The translations under genes and the position numbers were made by a program. Below, in pieces: positions 1-6,998 of a stretch of DNA of 64,000 bases. Every line of letters begins with the position of its first letter. The stretch's first letter is position 1. The notes beneath the pieces were generated by a model. That model was not told where the DNA came from. It was given only the letters and a program-made list of their open reading frames with translations, and made no database searches. This DNA comes from Spirochaetia bacterium. GTDB lineage: Bacteria > Spirochaetota > Spirochaetia > DSM-2461. The stretch is from assembly GCA_963666985.2 (NCBI GenBank), contig CAXXIA010000002.1, positions 960,001-1,024,000 on the forward strand. Direction: 5' to 3'.

Positions 1-1
1 C

Positions 2-964
2 CCGATATATTTTTTCAACCACGATGCCGGTGCGGCCGGCGGTGTTATTCGGGTTGAGGATGGAGGCGGCGGCGGTGTTTGCCGTGGAGGTATGATGTGC
101 GTTGGGGATGGAACCTGTGGAGGTATTTTCGGCGCGGAGTACATCGGCGGGGATGGATTCATCACCGCTTAACTTTCGGATTGCGATGTCCTCGGGGCGG
201 ATGATTGTAACCATGTCCTTGTCTTCTTCAATGATGTTGCCGGTTCCGACAAAGTGAGCCGTGAACAGGGAGTTGGGCTTCTCATAGATTTCTTCGGGCC
301 GGCCTCTCTGCACGATGCGTCCGGCGTCCATGATGATGACTTCATCGGACATGGCGAGAGCTTCGGATTGATCGTGGGTAACGTGAACAACTGTTAGGCC
401 GAGGCTGCGCTGTATCCGGCGGATTTCTTCCTGCATGTCTTCGCGGAGGCGGGCGTCCAGATTCGATAAGGGCTCGTCCAGAAGAAGAAGGTCGGGGTTC
501 ATAATCAGGGCCCGTCCCAGAGCCACCCGCTGACGCTCGCCGCCGCTGAGTTCCCCGGGATACCTCTCCCCTTTTTCTTCCAGACGAATCAGAGAAAGAA
601 TGCGGCGGCGCTCCCTGTAGAGAACATCGGGCCTTTCCCGCTTTACCCAGAGAGGATAGGAAATAATTTTATTAACAGTCATGTGCGGCCAAAGCGCATA
701 ATTCTGAAACACGAAGCCGATGCGGCGCTTTTCCGGGGGAATATCCGTTTTTTCCGAAGAGGAGAATAATATCCGATCTCCGAGTCCGATAATGCCGCTT
801 TCGGGGCGCCGAATCCCGGCGATGCCGGAAAGGAGAGTGCTTTTTCCGCAGCCGCTGGGACCGAGGATGGCCGTTAAGCGGCCGTCCGGAACTTCAAAAG
901 AAACATCATCGACGGCGACATGAGGCCGGTAGGCCATGGTCAGATTTTCAATCGTGAGTCTCAT
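2..964 (-). CDS. ABC transporter ATP-binding protein (PotA/FbpC-like), 3' end runs off window
   Basis: Not in ORF track because no stop occurs in the window. Manual translation from ATG 964 (alternative 970): MRLTIENLTMAYRPHVAVDDVSFEVPDGRLTAILGPSGCGKST (Walker A), LSGGERQRVALGRA signature, LLLLDEPLSNLD Walker B. Confidence 0.92.
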   Translation of the reverse strand, partial: MRLTIENLTMAYRPHVAVDDVSFEVPDGRLTAILGPSGCGKSTLLSGIAGIRRPESGIIGLGDRILFSSSEKTDIPPEKRRIGFVFQNYALWPHMTVNKIISYPLWVKRERPDVLYRERRRILSLIRLEEKGERYPGELSGGERQRVALGRALIMNPDLLLLDEPLSNLDARLREDMQEEIRRIQRSLGLTVVHVTHDQSEALAMSDEVIIMDAGRIVQRGRPEEIYEKPNSLFTAHFVGTGNIIEEDKDMVTIIRPEDIAIRKLSGDESIPADVLRAENTSTGSIPNAHHTSTANTAAASILNPNNTAGRTGIVVEKIYR

Positions 965-966
965 GA

Positions 967-2628
967 TCATCCCCTCCGGGCGGCCGAGGCGTTCCGGGTT
1001 AGTATTCGAGCGACTTTGTTCAGTCCCAGCGTAATAAGGACGATAACCACCGAGAGAGCGGAGGTCATTTCCAAACCGTATGATTGAGACTGCATTCCGA
1101 ACAAGAGAACGCCCAAGGTTTCCTGACCGGTCGAATAAAGCATCAGGGAGATGGGGATTTCCCTTAAGGCGATAAGGAAGCATAAAAGCCAGCCGGATTG
1201 AAGTCCCGGAAGAAGAACCCGGAACGTAACGTCCCGGAAGGCTTGGAATCCGTTTGCTCCGGAAAGACGGGCCATTTGAACCTGAGAAGGCGAGAGCCCC
1301 TTAACCAGACCGGAGACGTTTTTCATTACGATGGGCGTGAATAAAGCGATATAGGTAATGATGATTCCCCAGGATGTTCCGTAAAGCCGGAACGGCACCT
1401 TGTTCCACGCGAGGATGGCTCCCACGGCCAGTACGATATTGGGAAAGGCCATGGGCCAGCCGGCCGCCATTTCCAGCAAACGGGCGCTTTTTCGATTCGT
1501 CCCCTGAGAGAGAAGGACCACCCCGCCGCCGATCAGGCAGGCGGCGGTTGCTCCGACAACCCCGAAGCGAAAACTGTTCCAGAAGGCGCCGACGGACTTG
1601 GGGTTGCGGATAAGGAGCTCCCCATAGTTTCCGAATGTCAGGTATTCGGCCCGCAGGGGCAGCCCCCAACGCTTCAAAAAAGAAGAGACCAGAATAACGG
1701 CCGCGGGAAGAATCGAGGTTGCAGTGAGAAAAACCGCGACGGTCATTATAATGGGGATTTTAACCGATCCGAGGCGCACCCGGTTTCCGCCGGCCGAATG
1801 TGTTCCTTCCGTCTGGTAGGACTTTTTGCCGAGGATTCTCCCTTGAAAAAGAAAAATCGATGCCGAGAGAACGACAAGAAGCAGTGACAACGTCGCGGCC
1901 GTACGTGTATCCAGATTACTTAATGAGGAAAAAATCCGCGTTGTTAAAACCTGTTTTCGAACCGGAAGCGCCAATAGCGCCGGAATGGCGAAATTCGCCA
2001 TCGATCGGGAAAACACAAGAAGAGCGATGGAAAGAATACTCGGCAGGAGAGACGGGAACGTTATCGTCAGTGCCGCTTTCAAAGGCGATGCTCCGCTGAG
2101 AATCGCCGAATCTTCCATCATCGAATCATGTTTTTCCAAAGCGTTTTTCAGAGTCATGAACACAATAGGGTAAAGATGAATGCCGAGAACCAAAGCGGAC
2201 GCGAAAAGGGAATAATAGGGAACATTATAGACGGCCGTACCGAAGAGAGCGGTGAGAATCCTGTGAAGATAACCGTTGCGGCCGAGAAACTGCAGCCAGG
2301 CAAGAGCAAGAATATAAGGAGGAATGACGAACGTCAGAAAACTCAATTTTCCGACAATTCGTCCGCAGGGAAAATCGGTACGGACAACGAGCCATGCCAA
2401 AAATCCGCCTGAAATGAGCGCGAAAGCGGTCGCGCCGAGTGCCACGCGAAATGTATTGAAAACGGCGCGCCAAGTTCCGGAATCCTCAAACGGCTGAAGA
2501 AAACCGCTTATTCCGGCGGAACCCGGCGCGCCCGCAGCACCGAGGCTTTTCAGGAGAATGTTCAGAAAAGGATAGATAACGATAAAGGCGACGGCGGTAC
2601 CCAGGAGCCCCAAAACCCCCGGGTACAT
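967..2628 (-). CDS. Fe3+/thiamine-type ABC transporter permease (fused double domain, FbpB/ThiP-like)
   Basis: About 12 TM segments and two EAA-like loops (EDSAILSGAS, QMARLSGAN). Start trimmed to ATG 2628 (TTG 2640 possible) just past the upstream stop. Confidence 0.88.
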   Translation of the reverse strand: MYPGVLGLLGTAVAFIVIYPFLNILLKSLGAAGAPGSAGISGFLQPFEDSGTWRAVFNTFRVALGATAFALISGGFLAWLVVRTDFPCGRIVGKLSFLTFVIPPYILALAWLQFLGRNGYLHRILTALFGTAVYNVPYYSLFASALVLGIHLYPIVFMTLKNALEKHDSMMEDSAILSGASPLKAALTITFPSLLPSILSIALLVFSRSMANFAIPALLALPVRKQVLTTRIFSSLSNLDTRTAATLSLLLVVLSASIFLFQGRILGKKSYQTEGTHSAGGNRVRLGSVKIPIIMTVAVFLTATSILPAAVILVSSFLKRWGLPLRAEYLTFGNYGELLIRNPKSVGAFWNSFRFGVVGATAACLIGGGVVLLSQGTNRKSARLLEMAAGWPMAFPNIVLAVGAILAWNKVPFRLYGTSWGIIITYIALFTPIVMKNVSGLVKGLSPSQVQMARLSGANGFQAFRDVTFRVLLPGLQSGWLLCFLIALREIPISLMLYSTGQETLGVLLFGMQSQSYGLEMTSALSVVIVLITLGLNKVARILTRNASAARRG

Positions 2629-2632
2629 TGTT

Positions 2633-3679
2633 TTATTCAAAGAGTGCCGCAAAACCTTCGCGGACAGCTTCCTGCCGCTCCGCCAATTCATGCCAATTCA
2701 CGCGATGAATATTCAGATTTTCCGGGATTCCGGGTGTTGCGGACGCCTCTTTCAGAACACTCACAAAACCGAATTGAGACATCAGATTCTGGGCTTTCGG
2801 AGAAATAAGGAAATCGACGAAGGCTTCGGCGACGGCCTGATTCGTCTCGGGCCGACTCTCATTCCGGCTGATGGCAACCGGACGCTGAATCGCGATGGCT
2901 CCTTCGGCGGGCCATGAGATGGCCAAAGGCGTGGGATATCCGTCTTTTTTCGCTTTTTTCTGCAGACGCAGCACCGCATCATGCGGGGCAATACCCGCTT
3001 CAAATTCGCCTTCCTGAATTTTATTCGGAACATCACTGTTCTTTTTCGTTAAGAATAATCCGTTGTCCGCCAGGGCTTTCTGTCCGTCCCAGTTCATTCC
3101 GTTCACATCCCAAAGGCCGCAGACCAGAGCCAGAGCGGTGGAAGACTGCGCCGGATCGGCATGGATGATTCCGCCTGAATATTGTTCATCGGCGAGATCG
3201 GAAAAGGCGCGAGGTACATCGTTTCCGCTCAGAAGATCTTTGTTGTAAATAATCACGCCATAACGTTCACCGACAAGCGTGAAGTTATCATCGGTTTGAT
3301 ACATATCTTTCAGAGCGGCTTCTCCCGCACTCCGGTATTCATCGAGTGCTCCGCGCTCATCCAAAGCAATATAAACAAGAGGATCCGATCCCCAGAAAAC
3401 GTCGGCCTGAATGCCTCCGGATTCCATTTCGGTCCATACGCGCTGTCTTAAGGGACCGCATCCCATTTGTACGAAATCCAGAACATCTCCATGCTCCTCT
3501 TCAAAAACATCTTCCAATTTTTGAAGCATGGCTTCCGGACCCGACAAATAAACGGTAATCCGTCCTTCCTCTCCCGCATAAGCCGCGGGAGATTCATTTC
3601 CTCCCCGAGCGAAAAGTGAAAAGACGGAAAGAAAGGCTAAAACGATGAGAAATAGGACTATTTTTGTTTTTCGAAACAT
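2633..3679 (-). CDS. ABC transporter substrate-binding protein (Fe3+/thiamine/phosphonate class)
   Basis: Signal peptide ending LFARGGNE; ADVFWG and ADPAQSSTA motifs; GGAGA RBS before ATG 3679. Confidence 0.88.
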   Translation of the reverse strand: MFRKTKIVLFLIVLAFLSVFSLFARGGNESPAAYAGEEGRITVYLSGPEAMLQKLEDVFEEEHGDVLDFVQMGCGPLRQRVWTEMESGGIQADVFWGSDPLVYIALDERGALDEYRSAGEAALKDMYQTDDNFTLVGERYGVIIYNKDLLSGNDVPRAFSDLADEQYSGGIIHADPAQSSTALALVCGLWDVNGMNWDGQKALADNGLFLTKKNSDVPNKIQEGEFEAGIAPHDAVLRLQKKAKKDGYPTPLAISWPAEGAIAIQRPVAISRNESRPETNQAVAEAFVDFLISPKAQNLMSQFGFVSVLKEASATPGIPENLNIHRVNWHELAERQEAVREGFAALFE

Positions 3680-3868
3680 AATGTCTCCCATTAAGTTAAT
3701 TTAATATTTTTCTGCTAACTTTATTTTTTAAGACTAATTAATAATGTCAGAAGAAACGATTCTTCGCAATATCTCTTTTCCGCCGCTTTCCGCCGCAGAG
3801 TTAAAAAGAATAACGGTTTTCGGGTGATTCACCCTTGATCGGTAAGCCGAATAGGAATAAACAGAATT

Positions 3869-5152
3869 ATGATTATTACAGGTCAGTTCAATGATTCTCT
3901 TCCGCCGATAATGGACGGCGTCGCGGTTGCGGCACGAAACTATGCCTATTGGCTCAATAAAAATCATGCGCCGAGTTTCGCCATCGGACCGAAAGTTCCC
4001 AAATACACTGATGAAGACGACTTCATTCTCCGATACCGGTCGCTGAAGAATCCTCTAACCGAACCTTACCGACTGGGCGTGCCGCGGGTGGACAGGAGCT
4101 TCAATAAGGCCATCGAATCCATTCCGTTCGATTTGATTCACGCCCATTGCCCTTTTATCAGCGGGAACTACGCGTACACATTGGCCCGGAAAAGGAATAT
4201 TCCTTTGGTCGCCACATTTCATTCCAAATACCGCGATGATTTCGCCAGCAAGATGGCTCTGAACATCACGATCGATCAGGCGGTAAACCTGGTGGTGAGA
4301 TTCTACGAACAGGCCTATGTCGTCTGGGTTCCGAACGAGGCGATTATCGAAACACTCAGGGAATACGGGTATCGGGGCCCCATTGAGTATATGCCCAACG
4401 GATCGGACCTGGAGCCGCCCGAAGGAGCGCAAAAGGAAAAGCTTGAGGAGAAAGGCCGCGCGCTTCTGGGAACATCCGGCGACCTTCCGGTGCTGCTTTT
4501 TGTCGGCCAGCATCGCTGGATTAAAAACTTGAAGAACCTTATCGATTCCCTGGCGGTTGCCAGAGCTCAGGGTTCCAAGTTCGAAATGCGCTTTATCGGA
4601 AACGGCCCGGACGCCGAAGAGATGGAAGAGCGTGTTACGAAACTGGGTTTGGAATCCTGCGTCCGCTTTGTCGGCCCGATTTACGATAGAGAAGATCTCA
4701 AAGCCGTGTACGCGGCCGGGGATTTGCTGACATTTCCATCACTCTACGATAATGCCTCATTGGTAACCCGCGAGGCCGCCGGTTTCGGGATTCCCACTCT
4801 TTTCTCCGAGGGAGCGACGACTGCGGCCGGGATTGTCGACGGCGTCAGCGGTTTTTTGGCAAAAGATTCGCCCGAAGCATACGGCGCTCGGATCTCGGCG
4901 ATTCTTCAAAGTCCCGAGACTCTCCCAAAAGTCGGCGCGGGCGCACGGGAGGTTCTTTACAAACCCTGGGAGAAAGTGGCCGAGAGCGTGTATGTCCGGT
5001 ATCGGGAAATCGTGGAAAAATACAAATGGGAGCAAATCGATAAAGTCAGATCGCGAGAGACCAAGGCGAGACGGCCTTTATCTAAAAAACGTTTGAAGGA
5101 AAAGAACCGGTATGGCGCTTCGGAGATTCCGAAACGCTTTGATGCCGGCTGA
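3869..5152 (+). CDS. GT4 (GT-B) glycosyltransferase, glycolipid glucosyltransferase-like
   Basis: DSLPPIMDGV, DLIHAHCPF, PLVATFHSKY, FPSLYDNASLVTREAA motifs. Confidence 0.88.
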   Translation: MIITGQFNDSLPPIMDGVAVAARNYAYWLNKNHAPSFAIGPKVPKYTDEDDFILRYRSLKNPLTEPYRLGVPRVDRSFNKAIESIPFDLIHAHCPFISGNYAYTLARKRNIPLVATFHSKYRDDFASKMALNITIDQAVNLVVRFYEQAYVVWVPNEAIIETLREYGYRGPIEYMPNGSDLEPPEGAQKEKLEEKGRALLGTSGDLPVLLFVGQHRWIKNLKNLIDSLAVARAQGSKFEMRFIGNGPDAEEMEERVTKLGLESCVRFVGPIYDREDLKAVYAAGDLLTFPSLYDNASLVTREAAGFGIPTLFSEGATTAAGIVDGVSGFLAKDSPEAYGARISAILQSPETLPKVGAGAREVLYKPWEKVAESVYVRYREIVEKYKWEQIDKVRSRETKARRPLSKKRLKEKNRYGASEIPKRFDAG

Positions 5153-5219
5153 TGTCCACCATAGTGTTCTTTGCGGACATGTCCGCAAAGAAACGTTACG
5201 TTTTCACAAGCCTCCGAGC

Positions 5220-6902
5220 TTAGCCGTTCGAGTGTACCCGAGTTACCTTCACGAACACATTGGTGCCGGTTTCATCGGTTTGTACGGCGCTTTTCTGATC
5301 TTCCGGGGCGAGTTTAAGCGTTTCTTCTTCATCCCGATGGTAGATTTCCCAGCCTCCGCCGTAATCCATGAAGTAGCGCGCGAAGTTCCGGCTGTGCACG
5401 TTGGTGTAGATGAACTGACCGCCTACTTTGGTAAGATTTATCATGAAGTCGATGAACTTACGGCAGATGCGGTCCTTGAAGTAGTCGAACATTCCGGCGC
5501 AGTAGGTAAGATCGTAGCTTTGCGGAGCCAGTTCCGGAACCTTGCCGACGAGAATGTTGATGATATTGAAGTTTAAAAGCTCAATTTCGACATTCGGATT
5601 CTGCCAAGGCAGGACTCTTTCGTAGAAATCGGCAAGCGCGTGCGCGTCCTGATCAATCAAGGAAATATGCAGCGGCTTGTCAAACTCGTTTTCACGAAGC
5701 AGTCTGAGAATCTCTTCCGCCGGACCGGAGCCCAGACTCAACACCCGGATGCCGTTCTCGGACGTTTTGTAAGTCTCGACAATCTGATCGTAAAGATAAG
5801 CAATACGATTTACGTGTGCCGTAACGGCTTCAAGAGACATGATGAATCCGTTCATCAGCTTGCCGAAAAGGGAAGCTCCCGTGAAAGGATCGTTAAAGAA
5901 CTGCTTTACCGTCTCGAAATCACCAAGGTAGCCGTGCAGTTTGTCCATAATCGAACTGGACAAAGGAGAACGCCTGATGAACGGCTCAAGTCTGCCGCGA
6001 AGAAGTCGTTTATGAACGGCCACCTGATCCGGCTCGATGAGAGGCGCGAGAGTATTCAGTTTGGAAATGAAGATGCGCATCTGATCGGCGAAGGCGGGAA
6101 AAATCTCTTCAAGGTAGTGGTGCTGGTCTTCGGCACTCAGCAGCAGGCCTTTCGCTTCCTCGCGGCCGAGGACATCCTCAACCATCTCCAGATACATGTG
6201 CCAGTCGAAAATCAGAGCCTTGTACTCGGGCTTGATGCCGGAATACGCATCGAAGACTTTACGCTTTTCTTCGATAATCGCCCCGGTGTACATCGCTTTC
6301 TCGGTAACCGATATGGAACGCAGTTCCAGGAAATTGTCGATGAATTCCACGACGATTTCGGATGACTTTTCCTCGGAACGCAGAATACAGGCTTCTCCAT
6401 CGTAAAGCCGGCGGGGACCGGAACCGATGGCGAGGCGAATCGTATCGCCCACCACGGCGGAAATCGGTTCGGTCAGGTTGAGCCGGGCGGAACGAATATT
6501 GTAATCACCGACCTTCCCGTATCCGATTCGGCCGTCGATGGTCAGACTGACGTCCAGATCGAGCGACGGCTTATGGCGGGGAAGACGAACACGTCCGGTA
6601 ATGGTGTTGTCGAACCGTTTGGATTTAAACGAAACACCGATTCGGTCACGGCGTGCGTCAAAACCGCTTCTGTGCCGAACAACTCCGGCCGCGTGAATAA
6701 TTTCCTGGGCTTCGCCGTTCACAATCGAGATGTCGGGAAGGCCCACGTTCACGCTGAAACGATTGTCATCCTTGTCACAGGCAAAAGAAAATCCGTTCGC
6801 GGAAATCTCCACAACTTCGAATTGAGGCTCCATATCATCCAAAAGACAGTAGGTATCCTCGCGGGTGGTTCTCTGGTTTATTCGCTTGTTTCGTGTTAGC
6901 AT
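5220..6902 (-). CDS. phcB: PhcB-like class I SAM-dependent methyltransferase (3-hydroxy fatty acid methyl ester signal synthase family) with N-terminal PilZ-like domains
   Basis: Colinear PhcB-family motifs as I recall them: K-x2-GY-x-GD(F/Y)E, AH-x-NRI, VLSLGSGPAEE, YDLTYCAGMFDY, TNVHSRN, W-x-IY-x-RDE, TD-x-TG-x-NV. N-terminal RINQR...EISANG and RVRLPR PilZ-like motifs. AGGA RBS before ATG 6902. Confidence 0.75.
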   Translation of the reverse strand: MLTRNKRINQRTTREDTYCLLDDMEPQFEVVEISANGFSFACDKDDNRFSVNVGLPDISIVNGEAQEIIHAAGVVRHRSGFDARRDRIGVSFKSKRFDNTITGRVRLPRHKPSLDLDVSLTIDGRIGYGKVGDYNIRSARLNLTEPISAVVGDTIRLAIGSGPRRLYDGEACILRSEEKSSEIVVEFIDNFLELRSISVTEKAMYTGAIIEEKRKVFDAYSGIKPEYKALIFDWHMYLEMVEDVLGREEAKGLLLSAEDQHHYLEEIFPAFADQMRIFISKLNTLAPLIEPDQVAVHKRLLRGRLEPFIRRSPLSSSIMDKLHGYLGDFETVKQFFNDPFTGASLFGKLMNGFIMSLEAVTAHVNRIAYLYDQIVETYKTSENGIRVLSLGSGPAEEILRLLRENEFDKPLHISLIDQDAHALADFYERVLPWQNPNVEIELLNFNIINILVGKVPELAPQSYDLTYCAGMFDYFKDRICRKFIDFMINLTKVGGQFIYTNVHSRNFARYFMDYGGGWEIYHRDEEETLKLAPEDQKSAVQTDETGTNVFVKVTRVHSNG

Positions 6903-6946
6903 CGTTATTCCTGACCGAAAACTTTTTAATTCAGCATCCATCTGGG

Positions 6947-6974
6947 CAAATTTTGTCCGCATTCCTGCCGATAT
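6947..6974 (+). promoter_or_regulatory. Candidate sigma28 (FliA/SigD) promoter for the hybrid kinase
   Basis: CAAA-N16-GCCGATAT, 24 bp upstream of ATG 6999. Confidence 0.4.
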
Positions 6975-6998
6975 AGAAAATATTACACTGAGAAACCT

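Noticed and set aside
3693..3721. AAGTTA-N17-TAACTT palindrome upstream of the first ABC operon
   Set aside because: Short arms in very AT-rich DNA; could be chance
3869..5152. Glycosyltransferase as output of the Phc-like module
   Set aside because: Only adjacency in convergent orientation; it looks like a housekeeping glycolipid enzyme
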